Virus record (IMG/VR): IMGVR_UViG_3300002161_000006
Coordinates: 58,390 to 78,389 of that record
Length of the DNA: 20,000 nucleotides
Direction: 5' to 3' (one strand)
Source of the DNA: an uncultured virus (IMG/VR IMGVR_UViG_3300002161_000006)
Taxonomy: Duplodnaviria; Heunggongvirae; Uroviricota; Caudoviricetes
Shown in pieces: positions 1-9,468 of this stretch (position 1 is its first letter; every line of letters begins with the position of its first letter). The notes below the pieces were generated by a model that searched no databases, was not told the DNA's origin, and was given only the letters and a program-made list of their open reading frames with translations. The position numbers were made by a program, and so were the translations under genes.

Positions 1-2
1 AT

Positions 3-3000
3 ACAAACACTGGTCTGTCTATACTTTATGCAGATGGAACTGCAGGAAATCCAAAGATTGCAACAAATGCCACGTCAAGTAACGTGTCAAGTACTATTGT
101 TGCAAGAGATGCAGCAGGCAATTTTTCTGCAGGAACAATTACTGCAAGTTTATCTGGAACTGCAACTAATGCAACATATGCAACATCGGCTGGAAGTGCA
201 GCAACTGCAACGGATGCAACTAATGCATCATACGCAACAACGGCTGGAACTGCAACTAATGCAACATATGCAACATCGGCTGGAAGTGCAGCAACTGCAA
301 CGGATGCAACTAATGCAGCAAATGTTCCATGGACTGGAGTATCAGGTAAGCCAACAACGATTGCTGGATATGGCTTAACAGACGCGGCGTCAATTTCACT
401 GATGAATTCATCAGATTATCTTAACTTACCACCACTTGCCGGTGTATTGCGCGATAATAATGTACCACTGTACTCAGATTTTAAATTCTCACAGGGCAGT
501 TGGAATACATCAACTTTCACGTGGGTAGATAGCGAAGGTAAACAAGTTAAGTACTACAGTACTACATCGCCGCTCAGTTACAGCAACATGTTCCGTGCAT
601 ATAGGTATTCTGATTCTGATTCTTGGATATTTGACAATGAACCTGTGACAGTTGGATTTGCACTAGGCACGGAAAAAGTAGGTCGCATTCTGAACATGGG
701 CACAAACTATGCTGTTGTTCAGTTGTTTACTGTTGCACTACCAGAAGCATTAACTCGAACTGTGATTGTAACAACCGGCGGCTCATCTGATTCTGCGGAC
801 TGGACAATACTTGCTGATGTATCATCTATTAACTCATCTCGCAACAGAGCCAATTATCTAGTAGTACCAACTGCATCTGGCACACGCATCCTAGTTGTTT
901 ATACTGTATCTGAAGATGTTTATCTTACAGTGTATGATACGTCATTGAATGTTCTTAGAACACAGTTGCTTTACGAAGCACTTGTGATGATGAATACAAC
1001 AGATACACTAGGCCAAGGTCGAGTTGCTCCAGCAGCAAATGCTGTTAGTCTGTTTAATTATTCTGGTGCAGGGTGTACATATCCAAGTACATGGGATCCG
1101 TTCAATCAAAAATTCCATATGCACTGCTCATCATATTACGTATGGACTAGTGCAACAGGTACAGCGAATGGTCAGGGCTTTGGGGTATCTATATCATGGT
1201 CAATTCCAAAAACTTGGATTGAATCTGGAGTTGGAACACCAACAAATTTAATACCAATTAAATCAGGATCATACAGATATAATCTTTTACCAGATAGCAC
1301 GTGGGGCACGCAGACCGGCGGTATGTCAAATTCTTGGACTGGCGGTCAAAACGTTTCACTTATAACCGATGAATATTCTGGTCAGATAATTGCTACATCA
1401 AAGGGGTCATTTGACTCATCAAGCACTGGGTCAACGTACAGATTAGTTTCAAATTTTGCATACCAAACATTTGATACAAGTCTGCTATCTCCTCAGATTG
1501 TTTCATCACATTCGCTTCAGATACCAGACGGTTCTGCCTGGTCAAAGTTGCTGTATTCATACTGGGGTCAAGTTATTGGCAACCAGATTCTAATGCTTTC
1601 ACAATCAACGCGCTATGGTTCACGATTTGTTTTAGCGCAGTTTAGCACTACAGAATTCAAGTCTGCAGCAATAACCAATGATACGCTCAAGCTTGATAGC
1701 CCATCTGCTGTTCTTGACCCACAAAATGCTGTTGGTGTTCCAGCATCTGTTGCAGCAAACTGGGCTCCTGGAAACTTTGGCGTAACTGTTGCCAGCGGAG
1801 TTCCAACCTATTATCACTGCGCGCCTGGCCAGACAGTTTATACGATTACTGCATCAGGAGTTTCGCGTCTTTATACGTCTGCTGGTATTTCAATGCCAGC
1901 AATTCCTTCTACTATTTCAGGAATTTCAGGAATTGTTAATCAAAACGTAATTTCCTGGAACTTAAGCGTTGGTGCTCCTATATTTTGGGCAGTAGTTCGT
2001 TCTTCTACTGGTCAAGCATACGTTGCAAAGTGCACTTCAGGCTCTTGGACAATTCCTGGCGCAAATATAGCACAGGCTGAAATAGATGCTGGTAAAAGTA
2101 ATCGAGGCGATACGTCAAACTCGATATATTTTGATACCGGTGGGTCTGCACTGTTAACACAAAACGGGCGTTTTATGTTTGGTGGTGCCGTACCTTTTAC
2201 CGGTGGCACTTATTGGATCTATACTAGCTACAACGTAAATACGAATGTCAGCACTTCAGGTGTTCCAAGCAGCGCGTTCGCTAATATAGCAACAGCACCA
2301 GCAACGTATAAGTCTGCTGGTGGTTATCCAGGCGGAACATTTGGATATAGCACTACTTTGGGATATTATTGGTATCTTGCAACTGGTGTTTATGATGCTG
2401 CATATTTCTGCTCTTCTCGTGATATTCGTACTGGGGCGTCAGTTACTGAAGATGAATGGGCAACAGCATCATCTACGCGTTTCCAGACATATATTACAAC
2501 TGAGTCAGCGACTGGACTGGTAGCGTATATTTCTTCATATCCTCTTTTCATTGGTGGATATTATTGTGTTACACCCACGCAATCTATTGCACTTACTGCT
2601 TCAGCAGTAAATTACGTGTATGCAACAAAGGATAGCGCAGATAGATCAACCGTTCTTATATCTGCTTCAACAACGCTATTACCATCATCATTCTCTCGTG
2701 TGCTATTGGCAACAATTACGACTAATGCAACAAACATTACATCACAGATCACATATCCAATAATTCAAAAGGATGCTGTCGAAGATTTATCCAACGTATC
2801 TATATCTGGAAAAGCAATTGGTGATGCACTAACTTGGAACGGTACTACTTGGACTAATTCTGTAGTTAGTTCTTTAGTATCTGGAACACCCAATAATACT
2901 CCCAATACCATAGTTTCAAGAGATGGGACAGGCAACTTTAGCGCAGGGACTATCACTGCAAATCTAACTGGCACAGCTTCAAATGCAACTGGCTTAAGTG

Positions 3001-4217
3001 GAATCACTTCTGCACTGGGGCAACCAGTGCAGCCTGCAACAATAAGTTCTATTTTGGGTCAAGACACTAACGGTTCGCTATATCGATATAACCTCACTGC
3101 CCTGGGTGCATTTGGAATTCTAACAACTTCCAACTACAACTCATATGCACCTACTCTAACTGGCACTGGTGCTTCAGGCACCTGGTCAATCAACGTAACA
3201 GGTAATGCAGACACAGCAACAACGTTGCAAACAGCAAGAACCATAAATGGTACATCATTCAATGGTTCCGCCAATATTACAATTACTGCTAATACGCCAA
3301 ATTCAGTCACATTTAACAATGGTGGCGCTGGCGATACATCTGGATCTACTTTCAATGGCAGTGTTGCTAGAACTATTTCATACAATACATTAGGCGCCCC
3401 ATCAACAACTGGCACTAACGCATCTGGTACCTGGGGCATCAGCATTCTGGGAAGCGCTGCTACGCTAACTACGTCAAGATTTATTAATGGTACATTATTT
3501 AACGGGGGTGCAAGCATCAATTTCTTTGATGCTTTTGATTCAGGGGTGGCATCACCTAGTCCAACATCACTTACCGCAAATACTATCAGGGGGTTTGATG
3601 CTTACAGCAGCACAGATTTCCCAGGAGCCTACTATACGGGTCTTACAATTAATGGTGCAGCAGGAGTACGTTCTGCGCAACTTGCCTTCAACTGGAATTC
3701 AGAAGAGGCTGCACCAACACTAGTATATTTTAGAACAAATGATGATACCAGCGACGCACCTACCTGGAGTGCGTGGAGAAGAATTCTTGTAGATGGTACT
3801 ACAGCAACATTTGCAAATGGTTCTTTAGCCGCACCGTCAATTGCATTTGCCGATGAAACAACTCTTGGCTTCTATCGCACAACTGGAACAATCAACGCAA
3901 CTGGCAACTTCATTGCAACTGGAAACGTTGGCGCTTTCTCTGATGAACGTATTAAGAAGAACATTCAACCAATTGAGAGCGCACTTTCAAAGGTTCAGCA
4001 GATCAATGGTGTAAGTTTCGAGCGTGTTGATGATACATCAGGAAAGAGATATGTTGGTGTAATTGCTCAGCAGGTCGAAAGAGTTCTTCCTGAGGTAGTT
4101 GAACAAAACAATGATGGAATGAAGTCAGTTGCCTACGGAAATATGGTTGGTCTTCTTGTTGAAGCAATTAAGGAACTCAAGGCTGAAATTGAGGAACTGA
4201 AGAAGAATAGGGGTTAA
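3..4217 (+). CDS. Long tail fibre protein (5' truncated by window) with C-terminal peptidase S74 intramolecular chaperone
   Basis: The frame is open from position 3 (TNTGLSILYADGTAGNPKIATN...), so the GTG at 84 is probably not the real start. It has Thr/Ala/Gly-rich fibre repeats (GNADTATTLQTARTINGTSFNGSANITI). The C-terminus SDERIKKNI...GVIAQQVERVLPEVV...VAYGNMVGLLVEAIKEL (from ~3939) is the S74 autocleaving chaperone signature. Confidence 0.9.
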   Translation, partial: TNTGLSILYADGTAGNPKIATNATSSNVSSTIVARDAAGNFSAGTITASLSGTATNATYATSAGSAATATDATNASYATTAGTATNATYATSAGSAATATDATNAANVPWTGVSGKPTTIAGYGLTDAASISLMNSSDYLNLPPLAGVLRDNNVPLYSDFKFSQGSWNTSTFTWVDSEGKQVKYYSTTSPLSYSNMFRAYRYSDSDSWIFDNEPVTVGFALGTEKVGRILNMGTNYAVVQLFTVALPEALTRTVIVTTGGSSDSADWTILADVSSINSSRNRANYLVVPTASGTRILVVYTVSEDVYLTVYDTSLNVLRTQLLYEALVMMNTTDTLGQGRVAPAANAVSLFNYSGAGCTYPSTWDPFNQKFHMHCSSYYVWTSATGTANGQGFGVSISWSIPKTWIESGVGTPTNLIPIKSGSYRYNLLPDSTWGTQTGGMSNSWTGGQNVSLITDEYSGQIIATSKGSFDSSSTGSTYRLVSNFAYQTFDTSLLSPQIVSSHSLQIPDGSAWSKLLYSYWGQVIGNQILMLSQSTRYGSRFVLAQFSTTEFKSAAITNDTLKLDSPSAVLDPQNAVGVPASVAANWAPGNFGVTVASGVPTYYHCAPGQTVYTITASGVSRLYTSAGISMPAIPSTISGISGIVNQNVISWNLSVGAPIFWAVVRSSTGQAYVAKCTSGSWTIPGANIAQAEIDAGKSNRGDTSNSIYFDTGGSALLTQNGRFMFGGAVPFTGGTYWIYTSYNVNTNVSTSGVPSSAFANIATAPATYKSAGGYPGGTFGYSTTLGYYWYLATGVYDAAYFCSSRDIRTGASVTEDEWATASSTRFQTYITTESATGLVAYISSYPLFIGGYYCVTPTQSIALTASAVNYVYATKDSADRSTVLISASTTLLPSSFSRVLLATITTNATNITSQITYPIIQKDAVEDLSNVSISGKAIGDALTWNGTTWTNSVVSSLVSGTPNNTPNTIVSRDGTGNFSAGTITANLTGTASNATGLSGITSALGQPVQPATISSILGQDTNGSLYRYNLTALGAFGILTTSNYNSYAPTLTGTGASGTWSINVTGNADTATTLQTARTINGTSFNGSANITITANTPNSVTFNNGGAGDTSGSTFNGSVARTISYNTLGAPSTTGTNASGTWGISILGSAATLTTSRFINGTLFNGGASINFFDAFDSGVASPSPTSLTANTIRGFDAYSSTDFPGAYYTGLTINGAAGVRSAQLAFNWNSEEAAPTLVYFRTNDDTSDAPTWSAWRRILVDGTTATFANGSLAAPSIAFADETTLGFYRTTGTINATGNFIATGNVGAFSDERIKKNIQPIESALSKVQQINGVSFERVDDTSGKRYVGVIAQQVERVLPEVVEQNNDGMKSVAYGNMVGLLVEAIKELKAEIEELKKNRG
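154..317 (+). repeat. In-frame direct repeat, 74 nt identical, period 90 nt (GTATNATYATSAGSAATATDATNA x2)
   Basis: 154-227 is identical to 244-317. Confidence 0.9.
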
Positions 4218-4222
4218 GCACT

Positions 4223-5194
4223 ATGCCTGTTCCTTCAGGTCCGCTAAGTCTTGGTAATATTCAGACAGAGTACGGTGGCTCAAATCCGGCGTCGTTGTCT
4301 GAGTACTACAGAGGTGCTTCATCCAGTTCTACGGTACCAAATCAAACATCTGCTGGGACTTATGGTACAATTCCCACGTCTGGTGCAATTTCAATGGGTA
4401 CTTTTAGGAGCAAGGGCAAGTTCGTATTTAATGCCACAATTTCCACAAACACAACTGACTATAATATTTCAAGTGCTGCAACCTCAGCGGGTTGGGATGG
4501 CAGTGAAACACTTATTGCTTCAGTAACAATCAATGCTGGCGTATATGTTTATGCCACAACGACTTCTGCATATGCATTAGATACTGGAAGCAGTTTTCCA
4601 GGTGGTCACTATATTGCAATTACAAACAATGGGTTAATAGTTGGAAGGGGCGGGGCTGGCGGAACAGGTGGTGGTTCCAATGCGTCATCTGCACTTGCCG
4701 CTGTTGCTGGAAGTGCTGGTGGTCCTGCGCTAAGAGCACAGGTTGCTGTCGAAGTTACCAACAATGGCACCATTGGTGGTGGAGGTGGTGGTGGTGGAGG
4801 TGGTGCATCTGTATGGTTGGCAGATGGTGACAAGTCAGGCACTACTACATACAGCGCCTCTGGTGGAGGGGGCGGGGGAGGGCGTGCAAATGGCACGGCA
4901 GGTGTCAGAGGAACAGCGGCGGGTACTGATATTATAGCAAATAATGGTGCTAATGGAACTGCTGGTGCTCTTACAACCGTTGGGGCTGGTGGTGCAGGCT
5001 CAACGGGCTTTGGATGGGCAGGAGGGAATGGTGGTGCTGGTGGTGCTCTAGGCACTGCAGGCTCTTCTGGTCTTGCATCGACTGGTGGAACAAGCGGTGG
5101 TGTGGGGGCTGGAGGTGGTGGAGGTGCTGCAGTTGTTGGAAATGCAAATATTACGTGGGTGGTAACTGGCACTAGGCTGGGCGCCCTTACATAA
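4223..5194 (+). CDS. gp38-like glycine-rich tail-fibre adhesin, paralogue 1 (323 aa)
   Basis: N-terminal PSGPLSLGNIQTEYGGSNPASLSEYYRG module, then ITNNGLIVGRGGAGG / GGPAL / VTNNGTIGGGGGGGG motifs typical of the T-even gp38 polyglycine domain. Lies directly after the fibre gene. Confidence 0.75.
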   Translation: MPVPSGPLSLGNIQTEYGGSNPASLSEYYRGASSSSTVPNQTSAGTYGTIPTSGAISMGTFRSKGKFVFNATISTNTTDYNISSAATSAGWDGSETLIASVTINAGVYVYATTTSAYALDTGSSFPGGHYIAITNNGLIVGRGGAGGTGGGSNASSALAAVAGSAGGPALRAQVAVEVTNNGTIGGGGGGGGGGASVWLADGDKSGTTTYSASGGGGGGGRANGTAGVRGTAAGTDIIANNGANGTAGALTTVGAGGAGSTGFGWAGGNGGAGGALGTAGSSGLASTGGTSGGVGAGGGGGAAVVGNANITWVVTGTRLGALT

Positions 5195-5200
5195 TATTCA

Positions 5201-5208
5201 GATAAATA
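5201..5208 (+). promoter_or_regulatory. Possible T4-type late promoter (GATAAATA)
   Basis: 7/8 match to TATAAATA, in the short gap upstream of 5234. Confidence 0.35.
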
Positions 5209-5233
5209 TTACACTTCCAGAATAAAGTCAAAA

Positions 5234-7006
5234 ATGACCTTACCAACCTCAGGACCTATAACATTATTAGATATTCAAACTGAGTTTGGTGGCTCTAATC
5301 CTATCTACCTCAATGAATACTACCGTGGTGGCACCTATGTTCCTGCAGGCACATCTGCAGGAACTGGTTCATTTCAAGACGCGCCTTTGACATACGCTGC
5401 TCCTGCACAAATTGCAGCCAGCAGTACCATTCAAATGTCTATGTTCAGGGGAACAAGTGCAGTAGTGCCATTTGTATTGAACGTTGTTGTATCTACAAAT
5501 ACCACCAATTTCACAATGAGAAACCGAGCCATATCTGCTGGCTGGGACCAGACAAGCCCGCTCATTATGACGGTCACCATAAATGCTGGGGTTACGGTAG
5601 GTGCATCTGACACAATAAATTCAGCATTTAGAACAAAATTACTTGGCAACCCTGCTTTTCCTGTAGGCTCTAGCCTTACGCTAATAAACAACGGCACGAT
5701 TGCTGGAGCGGGTGGTATTGGTGGAGGTGGCGCTGTAGTAGCGTCTGAGGCATCTGTAGGAACAGGAATATCAGGCAACAGTGGTGGAAGAGCCCTGCAG
5801 GCACTAGACCCCCTCTTTGTTACCAATAATGGGACTATTGGTGGTGGTGGTGGAGGAGGTGGAGGTGGTGGCGCTCTTGTAGTAATTACAGATGGGAAAC
5901 TTGGCATAAGCGCTGGCTACGGTGGTGGTGGCGGTGGTGGCGGTCAAGCAGTTTTGTTGATTGCTAATAATTTTGGTCCTGGTGGAACCGTTGCCGGCTG
6001 TGATTCGAACACACCAGGTGATGCAGGCACTAATGGAACAGTATCTACTGCTGGTTTAGGTGGCGCTGGTGCAACTGCTGGTGGAAGCAAAACTGCTGGA
6101 TCTGGAGGTGCGGGTGGTACTCTTGGCCAGCCTGGCCAGCCGGGCAGATCAGTAACTGGTGGTTCTTTGGGCGGAGCAGGTGGTGCTGCTGGACCAGCAA
6201 TTGAAGGAAATGCAAATATTACTTGGGGCAACTTTGGAACAATTCTAGGTTCTGGCTGGACATCTCCATATTCTCTTTCAGCCAACGTAAATCCGGTGAA
6301 TGAAGGGTCAAGCGTAACTATATCATTGATTGGAACTGGAATTAGTGGCACAAATGTTCCATACACAATTACTGGGGTGTCCTCAGCAGATATCAGCGGG
6401 GCTGCACTGTCAGGAAATTTTGTAGTAGGAACAACACCAACTCAGGTCATTACTCTTGCTGCAGATGGTATAACAGAAGGAACTGAAACAATGACAGTTG
6501 CACTAACTCCTCCATCCGGACAGACTTCTTCACCATTAGTGGCAGTAACTGTAAATGATACATCATTTGGGGCTGGACAGGTATTACCTAGCGCGTCAAG
6601 CACTTGGCAAATTGAAAATACTACAGTTTATCCAGCAACTGCACAGACAAATATTCATTTTAGATCTTATGGCGATACTGAATATCCAAACGGAGGAGTT
6701 TTATCTGGAAGCAATTGGTTCACCGTTACTACTCCAGGAATAGGATCATCTTACTGGATTAGATTTACCGTAAATTCTGGCACTGTACCGCAGGGTTCTC
6801 CAGTAAATACTTGGATATCACTGAGTATAGCGCCAAGTTGGTACATCCAGTCTACTATGACGATAGCACAGAATAACGGTGGAATGACTTTAACAAAACA
6901 AACAGAATTTACTATAGACATAGCATCAAATTCAACAGGAACAAATATAGTAGCAACTCACACTGGTAATACCTTCTATGCAGAACAGGTATCGTCGTTG
7001 CTATAA
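5234..7006 (+). CDS. gp38-like adhesin paralogue 2 with an Ig/Calx-beta-like insert and an extra C-terminal domain (590 aa)
   Basis: Same N-terminal module and Gly-rich core as paralogue 1. These are followed by YSLSANVNPVNEGSSVTISL...ADGITEGTETMTVAL...VTVNDTS (Calx-beta/Ig-like pattern) and a C-terminal domain shared with paralogue 3. Confidence 0.72.
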   Translation: MTLPTSGPITLLDIQTEFGGSNPIYLNEYYRGGTYVPAGTSAGTGSFQDAPLTYAAPAQIAASSTIQMSMFRGTSAVVPFVLNVVVSTNTTNFTMRNRAISAGWDQTSPLIMTVTINAGVTVGASDTINSAFRTKLLGNPAFPVGSSLTLINNGTIAGAGGIGGGGAVVASEASVGTGISGNSGGRALQALDPLFVTNNGTIGGGGGGGGGGGALVVITDGKLGISAGYGGGGGGGGQAVLLIANNFGPGGTVAGCDSNTPGDAGTNGTVSTAGLGGAGATAGGSKTAGSGGAGGTLGQPGQPGRSVTGGSLGGAGGAAGPAIEGNANITWGNFGTILGSGWTSPYSLSANVNPVNEGSSVTISLIGTGISGTNVPYTITGVSSADISGAALSGNFVVGTTPTQVITLAADGITEGTETMTVALTPPSGQTSSPLVAVTVNDTSFGAGQVLPSASSTWQIENTTVYPATAQTNIHFRSYGDTEYPNGGVLSGSNWFTVTTPGIGSSYWIRFTVNSGTVPQGSPVNTWISLSIAPSWYIQSTMTIAQNNGGMTLTKQTEFTIDIASNSTGTNIVATHTGNTFYAEQVSSLL

Positions 7007-7020
7007 TTAGGAGATTTTAA

Positions 7021-8499
7021 ATGACACTACCTTCATCAGGTCCTATTTCATTTCTAGATATTCAGAATGAATTTGGCGGGTCTAATCCAATTGGATTAGA
7101 TGAATACTACCGGGGTGGGTCATATGTTCCTGTAGGTACTGCCGCAGGAACCGGGTCATCGCAAACTGCACCCCTAACTCCTGTTGCTCCAGTTCAAATT
7201 ACCACTGGCGGTACTATCCAACTCTCAATGTTCCGTGGAACTACAGCAATAGTTCCATTCGTTCTAAACGTTGTCATATCTTCACTTACTGAAGACTTCA
7301 ATATGAGAAGTTATGCTCTTGCAAATGGATGGGATGGAACCTCTCCACTTAATATGAGCGTAACCATCAACACCGGAGTTACAGTATCATCTTCATCAAC
7401 TTCTACTCCAGCATTCACAACTAAAACTGCAGGAGATCCTACATTCCCAGTTGGTTCAAGTTTGACGCTGTTGAATAATGGAATAATTGCTGGTCGTGGT
7501 GGTGCTGGTGGTGTAGGTGCTAATGTAGTCAATGTGACAACTTTGACTAACGGTGGTGCTGGTGGTGTAGGTGGACCTGCACTTGAAGCGCTTGATGCAA
7601 TTTCAATTACACTTAATGGAGTAATTGGTGGTGGCGGGGGTGGTGGAGGTGGTGGAGGTGCTGCAATTTATTCCACTGGCGGAAAAGATTCTGTAGATTC
7701 TGGTCTATCTGGAGGCGGTGGTGGTGGTGGACGTTCTATACTTTCTGGTGGAAATGGTGGAGCGCCTGGAACTGTTAATACTTCAACTGGCTCTGGTATT
7801 GAAAATGCAATTATTGGAGGCATAGGTGCAAGTGGAACAGTAACTGCCCCTGGATCAGGGGGAGTTGGTCCTTCTTCAGCAGGTTCTGGTACTACATCAG
7901 CAGGTTCTGGTGGATTAGGTGGTGACTTAGGACAACCTGGCGCTGCAGGAAGAACGTTAACTGGATCTGTAGGTGGTGCAGGTGGTGCTGCTGGAGCAGC
8001 AGTTATTGGAAACTCAAATATTACTTGGGCCTTTGGCAGTTCTGCAGGAATTTATGGCTCTGGCGGACCTACAGTGGTGGTACCAAGCGGATCAGGAACT
8101 TGGCAGGCTTGGAACTTTGCTAGCGGCTTTTCAGCTACAACTGTTTCTTCTATTATAACATTCTATCCAGGTGGTACAGTTCTACCACTTTTAAGTTGGT
8201 ACAATAGTGCTCCTAATTACTGGGTTACACCGACAGGAGCAGGTGTTGGAAATGACTATTGGATAAAATTTACCTTTATTTCTCTGGATAATGGTGGTGC
8301 TACTATTTTAGGAGACGCTTTGAATACATGGATGCCGCTTGATATATCACGATCTATCGGTGTTCAAGTATCTGGCTCTGATAATGATGCAACTCTTACT
8401 GTAACAGTTCAATTTGCAACTGATTCTGCTGGAACAAATATCGTTGCCACACACACTGGTGTTACAACAAATGCAATAATCTTCCCAGCAGGCGCTTGA
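7021..8499 (+). CDS. gp38-like adhesin paralogue 3 with an extra C-terminal domain (492 aa)
   Basis: SD AGGAG upstream. Same N-terminal and Gly-rich modules. The C-terminal G.G..YWI.FT...NTW..L...GTNIVATHTG segment is shared with paralogue 2. Confidence 0.72.
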   Translation: MTLPSSGPISFLDIQNEFGGSNPIGLDEYYRGGSYVPVGTAAGTGSSQTAPLTPVAPVQITTGGTIQLSMFRGTTAIVPFVLNVVISSLTEDFNMRSYALANGWDGTSPLNMSVTINTGVTVSSSSTSTPAFTTKTAGDPTFPVGSSLTLLNNGIIAGRGGAGGVGANVVNVTTLTNGGAGGVGGPALEALDAISITLNGVIGGGGGGGGGGGAAIYSTGGKDSVDSGLSGGGGGGGRSILSGGNGGAPGTVNTSTGSGIENAIIGGIGASGTVTAPGSGGVGPSSAGSGTTSAGSGGLGGDLGQPGAAGRTLTGSVGGAGGAAGAAVIGNSNITWAFGSSAGIYGSGGPTVVVPSGSGTWQAWNFASGFSATTVSSIITFYPGGTVLPLLSWYNSAPNYWVTPTGAGVGNDYWIKFTFISLDNGGATILGDALNTWMPLDISRSIGVQVSGSDNDATLTVTVQFATDSAGTNIVATHTGVTTNAIIFPAGA

Positions 8500-8528
8500 T
8501 TTTTATCTTAAAGGCAGACACCAGCGAA

Positions 8529-8536
8529 TATAAATA
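8529..8536 (+). promoter_or_regulatory. T4-type late promoter consensus TATAAATA
   Basis: Exact consensus in the intergenic gap upstream of the GGAG SD and the ATG at 8564. Confidence 0.5.
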
Positions 8537-8563
8537 AAATCAATCATATGATGGAGATCTAAA

Positions 8564-8914
8564 ATGAAGCAATTTGAATGGAAAATTAATCACGTTGAAC
8601 AAGCGCAGGGAACAATGCTTGTTGAATACACCTACAACGGATCTTCAATGGTCTATAACCTACCAGTGCCTCCTGCCGACCAGGACATTGCAGAATGGGT
8701 CAAGATGTACGCTCCTGTGTCAGAGTGGGAAAGATCTGAAGCGCAGTTGGCTGCAGTTGAAGTTGGAATGACAGGCTCGCACGTTATTATTTCTCCTACT
8801 GCAGGTGTTGCTCCAGCAAGCGAGGTACCTTCTCTTTCAGGTAGCCTGAATGAGGAATACATTCGCGCCGTTGTTTATTCAGTTCTTGAGGAAATGCGGG
8901 AAGCACAGGTGTGA
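8564..8914 (+). CDS. Hypothetical protein (116 aa, acidic), possibly tail-associated
   Basis: SD GGAG; GTGA overlap with the next ORF. Confidence 0.7.
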   Translation: MKQFEWKINHVEQAQGTMLVEYTYNGSSMVYNLPVPPADQDIAEWVKMYAPVSEWERSEAQLAAVEVGMTGSHVIISPTAGVAPASEVPSLSGSLNEEYIRAVVYSVLEEMREAQV

Positions 8915-9468
8915 AAGAGACCTTGCACAATGCAAGGCGCCTTGATGAAACCAGAGTAAAGCGAGCATTTGGCTGGGTAGTTACCTTTCGGGATTTTCCT
9001 GAAGGCTCCTGGCAGGTAGTAGGCGGCGATAAGATGATGACAGAAGCACTTACCCTTTTTACTAAAGGGCGTGCTGAATTTTATCTTGACGGCGAAAGGC
9101 GCGGAGATAGAGTACCTGGAATCCTTTCCTCTGAGCATGATCTAGTTGGGCTAAACGGAGAATTCACACTTAAATACGTTGAGCCTACTACACGTGTTTG
9201 CATTTTTTCTGGATTTGCTGGAAACAAAAATCAACTTCCAAATGTGTCAAAAATAGTTCTCCATAAAGAGCAACAGCAAAATGCTAGTGCGGGGTTTAAA
9301 GCACTGGTATGTTTAGGCGAAGTAAAGGTAAATGACAAGATTTTTACAGAGGAAAAAACGTTTTCAGTTGTATCAAACTCTGCTACTATAGAAGCCCTCT
9401 CAGAGCAAGTAATTTTATTGGATTTTTCAAATGCTACAGCGCCATCTAGACAAACTATTCAATCATAG
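8911..9468 (+). CDS. Hypothetical protein (185 aa)
   Basis: Coupled to the upstream ORF by a GTGA overlap and fills the gap before the desaturase. No family recognised. Confidence 0.65.
   Translation: MKETLHNARRLDETRVKRAFGWVVTFRDFPEGSWQVVGGDKMMTEALTLFTKGRAEFYLDGERRGDRVPGILSSEHDLVGLNGEFTLKYVEPTTRVCIFSGFAGNKNQLPNVSKIVLHKEQQQNASAGFKALVCLGEVKVNDKIFTEEKTFSVVSNSATIEALSEQVILLDFSNATAPSRQTIQS

Noticed and set aside
28..378. Gln/Met-rich 116-aa ORF
   Set aside because: It is an alternative-frame shadow of the GCA/ACT-rich tail-fibre repeat.
4609..6366. Pro-rich minus-strand ORFs (4609-5172, 5431-5907, 5944-6366)
   Set aside because: They are the antisense mirror of GGN glycine codons in the adhesin genes.
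4223..8499. Diversity-generating retroelement or invertible shufflon acting on the adhesins
   Set aside because: There is no reverse transcriptase or invertase in the window. I saw no adenine-specific TR/VR pair, and all copies are full-length and co-oriented.
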